64,000 bases of DNA from an uncultured cyanobacterium (GCA_963765575.1 CAVXWZ010000005.1:32001-96000), one strand, 5' to 3'; counted from the first letter of the stretch, positions 22,355 through 33,696 are shown. Numbers and translations are program-made. Notes: generated by a model from the letters alone, not told the origin.

Positions 22355-24764
22355 TCAGGCGGCTGGGGGTGGAAGATCGGCGCCGAGGCGGCGGGGAATC
22401 GCCTGCTCGAAGCTCGCACGCAGCTCGGCGATGGTCAGATCCACCAGGTCCTGGTCGCCCCAGCGCAGGCTCAGGCGCCGGTTGGAGCCCACGCTCCCCA
22501 GCCGGGCGGCGGGAAACGGGGAGGCCGTGGCAGCGGCGTCGAGGGCGGCCTCAAAGGCCGGCGCCCGCTCGCTCGGCACGCTCGCCAGGATGCGGGCGCC
22601 CCCTTCGGCGAACAGCAGCCGGTCGGGGCGCAGGGCCGCTGCCGGCAGGGTCAGCTCCACCCCCAGATCAGCCGCGATGCAGGCCTCGGCCACCGCCACC
22701 GCCAGGCCGCCATCACTGAGATCGTGGGCGGAAACCACCAGACCATGGGCGATCGCCTGGCGCAGGAAGGCCTGCACCCGCCGCTCCAGGGCCAGGTCGG
22801 TCACGGGGGGGCGGCCGCTGACCAGACCATGGATCACCGCCAGGTAACTGCTGCCGGCAAGGCTGACCCGGCCATCGCCGGCAGCGGCATCAGCTCCGGC
22901 ATCAGCGGGCTCCGCCAGGGGCACGCCCAGCAGCCAGATGGCGTCGCCGGGCCGCCGCCAGGCCGCACCGCGCACGTGCTTGAGGTCGTGCACCAGACCC
23001 ACCATCCCCACCACCGGGGTGGGATGGATGGGCTGCATGCTGCCGTCGGGCCGGCGGGTCTCGTTGTAGAGCGACACGTTGCCACCGGTCACTGGGGTAT
23101 CCAGCTCCCGGCAGGCCACCGCCAGCCCCCGGCAGGCCATGGCCAGCTGCCAGTAGCCGCTGGCTGTTTCGGGAGAGGGGAAGTTGAGGTTGTCGGTGAC
23201 GGCCAGGGGCTCGGCACCGACGCAACTGAGGTTGCGGGCCGCCTCGGCCACAGCCGCCATGGCGCCGCGCTCGGGATCGAGGGCCACCCAGCGGTTGGGG
23301 CAGTCGACCACCGCCGCTACGCCGCGGCTCGCCGCGGCCATGGCCCCGTCGCCCCGCTGGGGCCGCAGCCGCACCACGGCCGCATCGCCACCGCCGGGGG
23401 GCAGCACCGTGTTGGCCTGCACCTGCTGGTCGTACTGGCGGTACACCCAGCGCTTGGAAGCGATGGTGGGGTCATCGAGCAGGGCCAGCAGCACCGCGTT
23501 CCAGCTCAGGCGGGCGGCAGCGTTGGGGCCGGCGGCAGGCGTGATGCCGGCGGCGCTGGCCTCGGGCAGCTGGTCTTCGCGCCAGCGCCAGTGCGCCTGG
23601 ATCTCGGCCGGGGGGTTCGGCGAGCAGGTTGTGGTGGTTGATCGGGGTGTCATCAGCCAGGGCGCTGGCCGGCACCTCGGCGGCCACCTGGCCGTGGTGC
23701 AGCACCCGCACCACGTTGTCCTGCAGCACCCGGCCCACCACCGCCGCCTGCAGCCCCCAGCGGGTGAAGCGGGCCATCAGCGCCTGCTCGCGCCCGGGCT
23801 TGACCACGAACAGCATCCGCTCCTGCGACTCGCTGAGCAGAAACTCGTAGGCGCTCATGCCGCTCTCGCGGGCCGGCACGCGGTCGAGGTCGAGCTCGAT
23901 GCCCAGGCCCCCCTTGGCCGCCATCTCCGAGCAGCTGCAGGTGAGGCCGGCGGCGCCCATGTCCTGGGCGGCCACCACATCACCACTCTGAAAGGCCTCC
24001 AGGCAGGCCTCGATCAACCCCTTCTCCAGGAAGGGATCGCCCACCTGCACGGCGGGGCGGTCGTCGAGGGAGGCCGCGGTGAGCTCGGCGCAGGCGAAGC
24101 TGGCGCCGCCCATGCCGTCGCGGCCGGTGGTGCTGCCCACGTAGACCACCGGGTAGCCCACCCCCTCAGCGCCGGAGCAGACGATCTCGTCGGTTTCCAT
24201 CAGCCCCAGGGCCATGGCGTTCACCAGCGGGTTGCCGGAGTAGCTGGGGTCGAAGGCCACCTCGCCGCCCACGGTGGGCACGCCCACGCAGTTGCCGTAG
24301 TGGGCGATGCCGGCCACCACGCCCTCCATCAGGCCCACGTTGCGCTCGTCCTCGAGGGGCCCGAAGCGCAGGGCGTTGAGCAGGGCGATCGGCCGGGCGC
24401 CCATGGTGAAGATGTCGCGCAGGATGCCGCCCACGCCGGTGGCGGCCCCCTGGAACGGCTCCACGGCCGAGGGGTGGTTGTGGCTCTCGATCTTGAAGGC
24501 CAGGCGCTGACCCTCGCCCAGGTCCACCACGCCGGCGTTCTCACCCGGGCCCACCAGGATGCGGGGGCCGCTGGTGGGGAAGCCCTGCAGCAGCGGCCGC
24601 GAGTTGCGGTAGCAGCAGTGCTCCGACCACATCACGCCGAACATGCCCAGCTCGGCGCGGTTGGGGGCGCGGCCGAGGCGGCGGCAGATCTCCTCGTAGT
24701 CGGCCTGGCTGAGGTTCTCCTTGCGCAGGGCCTCGGCGAGGGGGAAGTCGGGGGCAGCCACCAC
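22355..24764 (-). CDS. purL: Phosphoribosylformylglycinamidine synthase PurL (frameshift at the G run 23610-23615)
   Basis: [37 protein letters not shown]; then [19 protein letters not shown] and HDLSDGGL in ORF 22355..23653. Confidence 0.93.
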
Positions 24765-24829
24765 AGCCAGCGGGTCGGGTGACTCCAGTGTGGCCGAGCA
24801 GGTCGCGGCGGCCGCGGCACGGCGGCGCT

Positions 24830-25706
24830 TCAGATCCAGGGGTCGGACTCGTCCTCCGGGTCGTCGCGGTGCTGGCGGTCGGCGCGGCGCCGGCGCGGGT
24901 CGGCGTCCTGCTCCCCGGGGCGGGGCCGGCCGGTCCCCGTCGTCCTGGTCCCAATCGTCGCTGTCCCAGGGTTCGGGACCCGGGTCGCCCTGGGGCTGCT
25001 CGTGCGGCTCCGCTGCAGCCTCGGGGTAGCCGCCCCCCCAGGCCTCCGCCTCGCTGTCCTCTGGGCTCCAGATGCGGCGCAGCGGCTCGGCGCCCTCCCA
25101 GGGGGGTTCCTCCAGCCAGCCCTCCACCCGCGACTCCAGCTGCTCACCCGCCTGCTGCATCTGCTCACGCCAGCGCCGGGAGCGCCGCAGCAGGTCCTGG
25201 CGGACGCTGGAGCGGGCCAGGGGCAGGTCGTCGAGACCCGCCAGTGCCGTGGCCACCAGGCCCGGCTGCTGATCCACGATGCGCTCGGGGCTGAGACGCC
25301 AGCGGCTGCTACCGGGCAGGCGCGGATCGCTGCGGCTGACCAGATAGTGGCGAATGGCACCGCTGCGCAGGTCGATGGCGGCATCGGCCACGGTGCCGAT
25401 CGGCTGCTGGTCCCGATCGAGCAGGGCGGCATCGATGAGGGTGGGCAGGCGATCGAGGGTGGCCTGGTCGCTCTCGGCCGGCTCCCCCCGCACCAGGGCC
25501 TCCAGCTCCAGCAGGCCGGCCAGCTGGTTGAGCCGCCATACCAGCCGGCGGTTGCCGAACATCGAGGGGCGGCTGGCCCAGCCGAGCACGCGATGCACGG
25601 GGGGATGCATCCACACGACCAATCCAGGGCCCCGCTCGAGGCCATCGGGATCGCGCACCCGGCGCTTCAGCAGATCGCTGAGCAGCAGCTGCTCGGGAAG
25701 CGCCAA
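24830..25706 (-). CDS. PRC-barrel-like conserved cyanobacterial protein (frameshift near 24915)
   Basis: [37 protein letters not shown]; natural C-terminus ...EDESDPWI* at 24830; usual neighbour of dnaN. Confidence 0.75.
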
Positions 25707-25710
25707 GGGT

Positions 25711-26865
25711 TCAGGTGCGGATCTGCACCGGCATCACCAGGTAGGTGAAGTCGGACTCATCGAGGGGCCGCAGCACGGCCGGGGTGGTGGGGGCATTGCA
25801 GTGCAGCAGCACCTGCTCACAGCCCATGGCCTTGAGGCCATCGAGCAGGTAGCGCACGTTGAAGGCGATCTGGATCGGCTCACCGTTGATGTCAGCGGCC
25901 ACCGCCTCCGATCCGCGCCCCACGTCCTGGGCATCGGCCTGCACCTGCAACTGGCCGCCGCCGGCCTCGGTGCTGAGCTTGACGACGTTGTTGTGCTGGT
26001 CGGCGAGCACAGCCACCCGCTCCAGGGCGGCCACCAGGGCCCGGCGATCGACGCTGATGCTGCGGTTGAAGCTGTCGGGGATCAACTGGCCGTAGTTGGG
26101 ATAGGTGCCATCGAGACTGCGGCTGGTGAGCACCTGATCCGCCCACAGAAACACCACCTGGCCGCGATCACAGAACAGGCTCAGGGGCTCCGTCGACTGG
26201 CGGCTGGAGAGCAACCGTTCCAGTTCCCGCAGGGAGCGGGCCGGCACGGTGAACGCGAACGGCTCGTGCTCCGACTCCGCCGCCGGATGTGGAGTCTCGC
26301 CCCCCTGGGCCAGCCGCAGCACGGCCAGGCGGTGGCCGTCGGTGGCCGCGCACTCCAGGCCTTCGCCCTCCAGGCGCAAATGAACGCCGGTGAGCAACTG
26401 CTTGGACTCGTCTCCACTGCTGGCGAACAGGGTGGCGCGCAGCCCCTTCACCAGTGCGTCGGCCTGCAGGCGGATCGGTTGGCCGGTCTGCACCAGCGGC
26501 AGGTCGGGGAAGTCCTCAGCGGGCATGCCCCGCATTTGGTAGGAGCCCGAGCGGGAGGTGAGCTCCAGCTGCTCGCTGCCATCGGGGCAATCCAGGCCGA
26601 TGGGGCTGTCCGCCGGCAGACGAGCCACGATCTCACCGAACAGGCGGGCAGGCAGGGTGATGGCGCCACTGGCCTCCACTTCGGCCGGCAGGCTGGTCTG
26701 GATGCCGAGGTTGAGATCGAAGCCGGTGAGGCTGAGGCGACCGGTGCCGGCATCGGCGGTGATCAGCACGTTGGCCAGCACCGGGTGGGTGGGGCGAGTG
26801 GCGACGGCACGGCTCACCAGCTGCAGGCTGGCACTGAGTTCCGACTGGGAGCAGACCAGCTTCAT
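25711..26865 (-). CDS. dnaN: DNA polymerase III beta clamp
   Basis: [49 protein letters not shown]. Confidence 0.97.
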   Translation of the reverse strand: MKLVCSQSELSASLQLVSRAVATRPTHPVLANVLITADAGTGRLSLTGFDLNLGIQTSLPAEVEASGAITLPARLFGEIVARLPADSPIGLDCPDGSEQLELTSRSGSYQMRGMPAEDFPDLPLVQTGQPIRLQADALVKGLRATLFASSGDESKQLLTGVHLRLEGEGLECAATDGHRLAVLRLAQGGETPHPAAESEHEPFAFTVPARSLRELERLLSSRQSTEPLSLFCDRGQVVFLWADQVLTSRSLDGTYPNYGQLIPDSFNRSISVDRRALVAALERVAVLADQHNNVVKLSTEAGGGQLQVQADAQDVGRGSEAVAADINGEPIQIAFNVRYLLDGLKAMGCEQVLLHCNAPTTPAVLRPLDESDFTYLVMPVQIRT

Positions 26866-27277
26866 GGGGGAGTCGTGGGGACCGGATGGGGGCCGCTGAG
26901 CTGGAAGGGTCCCCACGCTTCCACAGGCCGGCTGATTGCGCAACGTCGGGAATCCGGTGTTGCTGGGCGCTCTACGGATTAAGAAGTCTTGAATCAGAAA
27001 AGATCAGAACAGCAGCCGTAGGGGCTGGGGAAAGGGTGGAAAAGCTCCATGACCGCCTGGCCCGCCCCGGGTCTGCCCGGCCCTGGGCTGCGGAATCCAG
27101 GCACCGTGATGGGGAGACGTTGACCTTGTCCCCCGATTCCCGTCCCTGGGGAAACACAGCCGCCGCCGCCGTCGCCGGCCAGACCCTGGATTTCCGCCGT
27201 CTCAGCGGCCTTTGTCCCTGTCTTTCAGCAGGCACCTTGGCGACTGGCACCCGGGGCCGGCTGCCACCGCTGAGCGC
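26866..27277. other. Putative chromosomal replication origin (oriC)
   Basis: dnaN-thrC intergenic region with an AT-rich patch (~26978-27010) and degenerate DnaA boxes, e.g. TTTTCCACC (rc 27035-27043), CTTTCCCCA (rc 27026-27034), GCTTCCACA (26917-26925), GTTTCCCCA (rc 27147-27155). Confidence 0.75.
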
Positions 27278-28396
27278 TCAGAAGCCCATCACTGCCGCCA
27301 CCTTGGCGGTGTCGGCCTCCAGGCCGGTGTGGAAGTGGGCGTCGTTGTGTTCGATGGCGGTGGCGGGGTCCTTGAGGCCATTGCCGGTGAGCACGCAGAC
27401 CACGGTGGCCCCCGCCGGCACCTCCTCCCGACGCTTGAGCAGGCCCGCCACCGAGGCGGCGCTGGCCGGTTCGCAGAACACCCCCTCCTGGCTGCCGAGC
27501 AGCTTGTAGGCCTCGATGATCTCGGCGTCGGTGACGGCGGTGAAATCACCGCCGCTCTCCCTGCGCACCGCCAGGGCCTTCTCCCGGTTCACCGGGTTGC
27601 CGATGCGGATGGCGGTGGCGATGGTGTCGGGCTGCTCCACGGTGTGGCCCAGCACCAGCGGCGCCGATCCGGCCGCCTGGAAGCCGAGCATGCGGGGCAG
27701 CGTGCGGCAATGGCCGGCATCGCGGTACTCGTTGAAGCCCATCCAGTAGGCGCTGATGTTGCCGGCGTTGCCCACCGGAATGCAGAGCCAGTCCGGGGCT
27801 TTGCCGAGGGCGTCCACCACCTCGAAGGCGGCTGTCTTCTGGCCCTGCAGCCGGTAGGGATTGACCGAATTGACCAGGGTCACCGGATACTGCTGCGCCA
27901 CCTCCTGCACGATCGCCAGGGCGCGGTCGAAGTTGCCCTGAACGGCGATCACCTCGGCGCCGTAGAGCAGGGCCTGGGCCAGCTTGCCCTGGGCCACGTA
28001 GCCATCGGGGATGAGCACGAAGGCGCGCATGCCGCCGCGGCGGGCGTAGGCGGCGGCGGCGGCCGAGGTGTTGCCGGTGCTGGCACAGATCACCGCCTCC
28101 GAGCCCGCCTCCAGGGCCTTGGAGATGGCCATGGTCATGCCCCGGTCCTTGAAGGAGCCGGTGGGGTTGAGGCCGTCGTACTTCAACAACACCTGCACCC
28201 CCTTGCCCACCCGCTCAGCGATCGCTGGGGCGGGGATGAGCGGGGTTGCTCCCTCCCGCAGGGTGATCACGGGCGTGCGCTCACTCACCGGCAGCCAGCG
28301 GCGATAGGCCTCGATCAACCCCGGCCAGTCGTGCAGGGTGGGGAGCGCCGTGGAGGGTCCCAAGCCCAGACGCCGCAGGGATTGGAGCAGGGGCAA
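27278..28396 (-). CDS. thrC: Threonine synthase
   Basis: NPTGSFKDRG (PLP lysine), CASTGNTS, PVGNAGN, EPASAAS, LTGNGLKD. Confidence 0.96.
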   Translation of the reverse strand: MPLLQSLRRLGLGPSTALPTLHDWPGLIEAYRRWLPVSERTPVITLREGATPLIPAPAIAERVGKGVQVLLKYDGLNPTGSFKDRGMTMAISKALEAGSEAVICASTGNTSAAAAAYARRGGMRAFVLIPDGYVAQGKLAQALLYGAEVIAVQGNFDRALAIVQEVAQQYPVTLVNSVNPYRLQGQKTAAFEVVDALGKAPDWLCIPVGNAGNISAYWMGFNEYRDAGHCRTLPRMLGFQAAGSAPLVLGHTVEQPDTIATAIRIGNPVNREKALAVRRESGGDFTAVTDAEIIEAYKLLGSQEGVFCEPASAASVAGLLKRREEVPAGATVVCVLTGNGLKDPATAIEHNDAHFHTGLEADTAKVAAVMGF

Positions 28397-28423
28397 GGGA
28401 TGGTGATGGCCGCTGAGATGAAT

Positions 28424-29035
28424 CTAGTTCTCGGTTCCGTCCGTTTCGGTTCCGTCCGTCCCGGAGGATCCCTCAGTCCCGCGGAGGCCGTCCAGGGGGG
28501 ATTCGGAGAAGAAGCGCACCAGTTCCGCCACCGAGCTGGTGCGCTCGGCCACCGCCAGCAGGTTGGGGATGTTCACCTCCAGATCATGGGAGGGATAGGC
28601 GCGCAGAAAGGACATGGCGGAGAGCTCACCATCGCCGTCGACCAGGCCCAGGACGATCGCCGAGCGCAGCGCCGGCACGCCCACGCCCGGGGCCTTGAGG
28701 GGATGGACGATCTGGGCAAGCCGGTCCAGCAGCGCTTCACCGATGCGGGTGTTGAGCAGGCGGCTCACCAGGGTCACCGGCAGGCTGATCGACTGGTTGA
28801 GCAGCTTTGAGACCTCGGCCGGGTCCTGGTTGCTGAAGCGGATCACATCACCCAACAGCCCCGGGGCCTGGCCGGTTTCAGCGAGCACTTCCAGGTCGCT
28901 GACCGGGATCGAGCGCCGGAAGGCGCCACTCACGAACACCAGGTTGTCTGCAGCCAGAGCGGCCGGGCCAGCGAGGCCCAGGCCCAGGCCCAGCAAGCAG
29001 GCCAGCAGGCGCTGGCGCAGGGCAAGGGAGGTCAT
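28424..29035 (-). CDS. DUF1400-type exported protein
   Basis: Signal peptide; FVSGAFRRSIPVSDL and ALRSAIVLG..FLRAYP. Confidence 0.75.
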   Translation of the reverse strand: MTSLALRQRLLACLLGLGLGLAGPAALAADNLVFVSGAFRRSIPVSDLEVLAETGQAPGLLGDVIRFSNQDPAEVSKLLNQSISLPVTLVSRLLNTRIGEALLDRLAQIVHPLKAPGVGVPALRSAIVLGLVDGDGELSAMSFLRAYPSHDLEVNIPNLLAVAERTSSVAELVRFFSESPLDGLRGTEGSSGTDGTETDGTEN

Positions 29036-29055
29036 CGCGCAACCCTAGGGGCTTT

Positions 29056-31104
29056 TCAGGCGCTGGCCACCCCCTCAATGGGCCGCAGCGACGGATCCAC
29101 AAGCACGTCGCGCAGCAGGCGCACCACACTCCGCTCGGCCAGGCCGCGGGCCACATCCACGCCCATGCGCCGCAGTTCCCGCTCGCCGATCAGCCGCGGC
29201 AGACGCTTGACCAGCAGCTGCGGTTCGAAGCCCGGCAGCGCCCGCAGGATCGTCACCAGTTGGCGGATCGGCTCCAGACTCAGCAGCGTGGCGCCGTCGT
29301 CCTGGGCCTGGCGCCGGCGCAGGCCCGGCGGCTGCAGCCGCTGGGGCAGGCGCTGGCCCAGGCGCAGGGTGGTGGACCAGGCCAGCGCATCCACCCGCGT
29401 GACCACCGAATCCACCAGTTGCCGGCGCAGCAGACCGCCGTTGGCGGAGAAGAGGAAATCGAGCACCTGGTCGAGCAGGCCGTCAAGGTCGAGCTGGGAG
29501 CCCTGGGCGGCGCTGGCGACCAGGTTGTCGAGCCGCTGCCAGCGGAACACCTCACCGTCAAACAGCATCTCCTTGAGGCTCTGGCGCAGGCTGGGGTCGG
29601 GATCCTCCATCAGCCGGCGGGCGAAGTAGGGGTAGGCGGCACCGAGGATCTTGAAGTTGGAATCCACGCTCAGGGCGATGCCCTCCAGGGTCACCAGGGA
29701 GCGGATAATCAGGGCGTAATACGGCGGCACCTGGAAGGGGAACCGGTACATCACCCCGGAAAGATCGTCGGTGACGGCCTTGAAATCCATGCGGCTGACG
29801 CCCATCTCCAGGGCCTGGCCGAACACCTGCTCGAAGGCCGGCACGATCGGCTCCAGGTTCACGTCCTGGGCCAGGAAACCCAGGCTCACGAAATCCTTGC
29901 TGAGCTTGCCGAAGTTGCGGTTCACCAGGTGAACCACCGCCTGGATCAGGCCGGTGCGCGCCTGCCGGCTGACCGTGCTCATCATGCCGAAATCGAGGTA
30001 GGCCAGACGGCCGTCGCCCAGGGCCAGCAGGTTGCCGGGGTGGGGATCGGCATGGAAGAAGCCGTGCTCCAGCAGCTGCTGCAGGCTGCAGTTCACGCCC
30101 ACCCGCACCAGCTCGTCGGGGTCGATTCCCAGCTCCCGCACGGCCTCGAGGTTGGTGAGCTTGACGCCCTCGATCCACTCCATCGTCAGCACCCGCCGGC
30201 TGGTCGCCTGGTGGTAGATGAGCGGCACGGCGATGCGTGGGTTGTGGGCGTGGAGACGGGCGAAGCGCTCGGCGTTGCTGGCCTCGTTGAGGTAGTCCAT
30301 CTCCTCGAACACCCGGGTGCCGAGCTCATCGATCAGCGCCACCAGGTCGCTGCGGATCAGGCCCACGTTGCGGTTCAGCCAGGAGGCGAGGTTGCGCACG
30401 ATGTAGAGATCGAGCGTGATCTGCTCGCGCAGGCCCGGTCGCTGGACCTTCACCGCCACCCGCTCGCCGCTGTGCAGCACGCCGCGGTGCACCTGGCCGA
30501 GGGAGGCAGCCGAGATCGGCTCCCGTTCCAGCTCCGCATAGATCTCCGCCACCGGGGCGCCGAGGTCGTCCTCGATGCAGGCCATGGCCAGCGTCGGATC
30601 GAAGCCGGGAAGCTGGTCCTGGAGCTGGGCGAGTTCCTCCAGCAGCACCGGCGGCACGATGTCGGGCCGGGTGGAGAGCGCCTGGCCGGCCTTGATGAAG
30701 GCCGGCCCCAGGGAGGCCACCAGATCGGCCGCCTCCCGGGCCCGGGCCCGGGAGCACGAGGGGTCGCGGAGCCGCCCGGTAAGCCTGTCGAAACCCACTC
30801 CCAGCAGGTAAAGGCCGATCGGCACCAGGGTTTGCCACAGCCGCCGCACCAGGCGCTCGGGGTGGCCGGCGTAGATGCGCTTGATCGCCGCCGGGTCGTA
30901 GGCCAGCAGTCCCGAGGCCTCGATGAAGTCGGCGAGCTCGCCGCCATCGGCGGCGCCCTGCAGGCCCGCGTGAGTTGCCGCGCTCTGGTCAGCGCCCTCG
31001 TGGACCGCGGCCTGCATGGCGGCCGCGGCGCTCTCCAGCGCCGTCAGTTCGGCCGCTGGTGGGGGCCCGGAGCTGGGCTGGGCTGCGGCTGGACTGCTCG
31101 CCAT
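29056..31104 (-). CDS. ABC1/AarF/UbiB family kinase
   Basis: LGPAFIKAGQALSTRPD, AASLGQVH, VAVKVQRP, FFHADPHPGN, YLDFGMM. Confidence 0.93.
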   Translation of the reverse strand: MASSPAAAQPSSGPPPAAELTALESAAAAMQAAVHEGADQSAATHAGLQGAADGGELADFIEASGLLAYDPAAIKRIYAGHPERLVRRLWQTLVPIGLYLLGVGFDRLTGRLRDPSCSRARAREAADLVASLGPAFIKAGQALSTRPDIVPPVLLEELAQLQDQLPGFDPTLAMACIEDDLGAPVAEIYAELEREPISAASLGQVHRGVLHSGERVAVKVQRPGLREQITLDLYIVRNLASWLNRNVGLIRSDLVALIDELGTRVFEEMDYLNEASNAERFARLHAHNPRIAVPLIYHQATSRRVLTMEWIEGVKLTNLEAVRELGIDPDELVRVGVNCSLQQLLEHGFFHADPHPGNLLALGDGRLAYLDFGMMSTVSRQARTGLIQAVVHLVNRNFGKLSKDFVSLGFLAQDVNLEPIVPAFEQVFGQALEMGVSRMDFKAVTDDLSGVMYRFPFQVPPYYALIIRSLVTLEGIALSVDSNFKILGAAYPYFARRLMEDPDPSLRQSLKEMLFDGEVFRWQRLDNLVASAAQGSQLDLDGLLDQVLDFLFSANGGLLRRQLVDSVVTRVDALAWSTTLRLGQRLPQRLQPPGLRRRQAQDDGATLLSLEPIRQLVTILRALPGFEPQLLVKRLPRLIGERELRRMGVDVARGLAERSVVRLLRDVLVDPSLRPIEGVASA

Positions 31105-31174
31105 GGCGTGGGCGGACCCTGGGGCTGCGCTGGTCTCCTCTTCTAAACGACTGAAACTGCCGCTACGGTCCCTG

Positions 31175-31188
31175 CGAACACCTGTTCT
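31175..31188. promoter_or_regulatory. Putative LexA (SOS) box upstream of recN
   Basis: CGAACACCTGTTCT contains GAAC-N4-GTTC and ends 14 nt before the recN start. Confidence 0.6.
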
Positions 31189-31202
31189 ATTGAGCGGCGG
31201 CC

Positions 31203-32891
31203 GTGCTCACCGGACTGCGCCTGGAGAACATCGCCCTGATCGAGCGGCTCGAGCTCGACTTTCAGGCTGGCTTCACGGTGCTCACCGGTGAAACCGGCGC
31301 CGGCAAGTCGATTCTCCTCGATGCCCTCGATGCCCTGTTGGCTGGCGCCCAGTCCGCCACCGGAGCGCGCCTGCTGCGCCCCGGCTGCAGCCAGGCCCGC
31401 ATCGAGGCCAGCTTCGCGATCACACCGCCGCTGCTCGCCTGGCTGGCGGAGCAGCAGCTCGACGGCGATGGGGGGGAGATCCTGCTCAGCCGCGAGTGGC
31501 GGTTCGGGGATGGCCGACCCAGCAGTCGCCATCGTCTTAATGGCGTGGTCATCAACCGCGCCCAGGTCCAGGAGCTGCGGCCGCTGCTGCTCGACCTCAC
31601 CGTGCAGGGCCAGACCCAGCAGTTGGCCCGCCCCGGGCAGCAGCGGCGCTGGCTCGACCGTTTCGGTGGTGAGGCCGTGCAGCGCGCCCTGGAGCCGGCG
31701 GTCGCCGCCTGGCGCACCTGGAGCGCTGCCCGCGCTGCCCTCGAGCAGGCCCGTTCCCGCTGGCAGCAGCAGCAGCAGCAGCGCGCGCACCAGGACCAGG
31801 TGCTGGCTGAGCTGGAGGCCGCTGCTCTGGAGGATCCGCAGGAGCAGCTGCGGCTGCAGCAGGACCAGGACCGTCTCGCCCATGGCGTGCGTCTGCAGGA
31901 GGGGGTGATGACCCTGCTGGCCCGCCTGCAGGAGGGGGCCGAGCAGGCCCCGTCGGCGCTGGATCACCTGGCGGCCTGTGATCAGGAATTGCAGCTGATG
32001 GGCGGGCTGGATGGATCCCTTCAGCCCCTGCGTGAGCGGCTCGGCGCTGCGCTGGCCGAACTCCAGGACCTGGCCCGTGATCTCGATCGCTACGGCGGTG
32101 GCCTGGAGAGCGACCCCGAGAGCCTCGATCAGCTGCAGCAGCGCATCGCCGATCTGCGTGCCCTGGAGCGGCGCCAAGGCCTGGAGCTGCCGCAGCTGAT
32201 CGCCCTGCGCGATCGCCTGCGGGAGCAGCTGGCCCCGGGCGGCCCCGCCGCCGAGCTGGAGCAGCTGCAGGCCGAGGAGGTCCGCTGCCGCACCCGCCTG
32301 GACCAGCTCCAGGCCTCCCTCAGCGCGGCCCGGACAGCGGCCGCCGCCGTCCTCCAGGGCCAGTTGATGGCGGCCCTGCGGCCCATGGGCCTGGCCCAGG
32401 TGCGCTTCGCGGTGGCGATCGAGCCCTGCGACCCCGGCCCGGAGGGGGCTGATGCCGTGCAGTTTCTGTTCTCCGCCAACCCCGGTCAGCCGCTGGCGCC
32501 GCTGGTGGAGGTGGCCTCGGGGGGGGAGATGAGCCGCTTTCTGCTGGCGCTGAAAACCTGCCTGGCCGAGGCGGACCCGCACGTCACCCTGCTGTTCGAC
32601 GAGATCGATGCCGGCGTCAGTGGCCGGGTGAGTGGGGCAATGGCGGCCCTGTTGCAGCGCCTGGCCCAGCGTCGCCAGGTGTTCTGCGTCACCCACCAGC
32701 CCCTGGTGGCCGCGGCGGCCGACCACCATTTCCAGGTGTCCAAGCAGGTGCTGGATGGCGTCACCCACATGCGGGTGTCCCACCTGCGGGACACCCGCGC
32801 CCGCCAGGCGGAGCTGGCGGAGCTGGCCGGTGGCGATGCCGACGCCGTGCACTCCTATGCCGCCAGCCTGCTGGCGCGTCAGCCGAGCTGA
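31203..32891 (+). CDS. recN: DNA repair protein RecN
   Basis: LTGETGAGKS, FSANPG, ASGGEMSR, LLFDEIDAGVSG, CVTHQP. Confidence 0.96.
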   Translation: MLTGLRLENIALIERLELDFQAGFTVLTGETGAGKSILLDALDALLAGAQSATGARLLRPGCSQARIEASFAITPPLLAWLAEQQLDGDGGEILLSREWRFGDGRPSSRHRLNGVVINRAQVQELRPLLLDLTVQGQTQQLARPGQQRRWLDRFGGEAVQRALEPAVAAWRTWSAARAALEQARSRWQQQQQQRAHQDQVLAELEAAALEDPQEQLRLQQDQDRLAHGVRLQEGVMTLLARLQEGAEQAPSALDHLAACDQELQLMGGLDGSLQPLRERLGAALAELQDLARDLDRYGGGLESDPESLDQLQQRIADLRALERRQGLELPQLIALRDRLREQLAPGGPAAELEQLQAEEVRCRTRLDQLQASLSAARTAAAAVLQGQLMAALRPMGLAQVRFAVAIEPCDPGPEGADAVQFLFSANPGQPLAPLVEVASGGEMSRFLLALKTCLAEADPHVTLLFDEIDAGVSGRVSGAMAALLQRLAQRRQVFCVTHQPLVAAAADHHFQVSKQVLDGVTHMRVSHLRDTRARQAELAELAGGDADAVHSYAASLLARQPS

Positions 32892-33619
32892 TCGAGGTCC
32901 ACGAACCGGTAGCCGCGCCGGCGCAGCTCAGGGATCAGCTCGCGCAGGGTGAGCAGGGTGGCCGCGATCGTGTCGGGCCGGTCGTGCAGCACCAGGATCG
33001 CTCCGGGGTGCACGTTGGCGAGCAGGAAGCGGCGCACAAACCACAGCGGCGGCTGGTTGGTGTCAAAGGGAAACACCGACCCCAGCACCAGCCGGTAGCC
33101 GGCGGCGCTGAGGCTCTCGAGCATCGCCCTGTGGAACCAACCGCCACCAGGCCGGAACCAGCGCAGCGGCAGCTGGCGGGGAGCGGCGGCTGCCCGCAGG
33201 GCGGCCTCGGTGCGCTGCAGCTGAGCAGCGAACGCCTCTGGCGGCAGCCGGGCCGAGACGCTGTCGGTGGCCATGTGGTTGCCGATCTGGTGGCCCTCGG
33301 CCAGGGCCCGGGCCACGAAGCCCTCGCCGGCCCGCGGCAGGTGCTCGCCGATCAGAAACAGGGTGGCCGGCACCTCCAGCTCCCGCAGCAGGTCGAGCAG
33401 CGCCAGGCTGCCGGGCCCGCTGGGACCGTCATCGAGGGTGAGGGCCAGCCGCCGGCATCCCGGCTCCCCTGCGTCGCCGGCGCAGAACAGCACCTGCGGG
33501 GCGAGCGGCACCAGCAGCCGACGGATCAGCCAGGAGAGTCGCAACGTGAGCAGCAGCGCCAGCCCCCAGCCAGCCCAGTGCAGCAGCCGCAGTGGCGAGG
33601 GGGGTGCGGGGCGGGCCAT
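32879..33619 (-). CDS. Polysaccharide deacetylase (NodB domain), membrane anchored
   Basis: LALTLDDGP, GHQIGNH, WFRPGGG, GAILVLHD. Confidence 0.85.
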   Translation of the reverse strand: MARPAPPSPLRLLHWAGWGLALLLTLRLSWLIRRLLVPLAPQVLFCAGDAGEPGCRRLALTLDDGPSGPGSLALLDLLRELEVPATLFLIGEHLPRAGEGFVARALAEGHQIGNHMATDSVSARLPPEAFAAQLQRTEAALRAAAAPRQLPLRWFRPGGGWFHRAMLESLSAAGYRLVLGSVFPFDTNQPPLWFVRRFLLANVHPGAILVLHDRPDTIAATLLTLRELIPELRRRGYRFVDLDQLG

Positions 33620-33696
33620 GGGGCGATCCTGGCGCCGCCAGCCCCAACCGCCCTTCATACACCGTTACATTTGGCGACCTTGCGCTCGCGGCCGTT

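Noticed and set aside
23472..25706. Apparent PRC-barrel/PurL fusion protein
   Set aside because: Produced by frameshifts at ~24915 and ~23612; the natural ends of both genes are visible in adjacent frames.
28430..28460. 15-bp tandem repeat TCGGTTCCGTCCGT(T) x2
   Set aside because: Encodes the low-complexity tail (TDGTE x2) of the DUF1400 protein; two copies, no spacers, not CRISPR.
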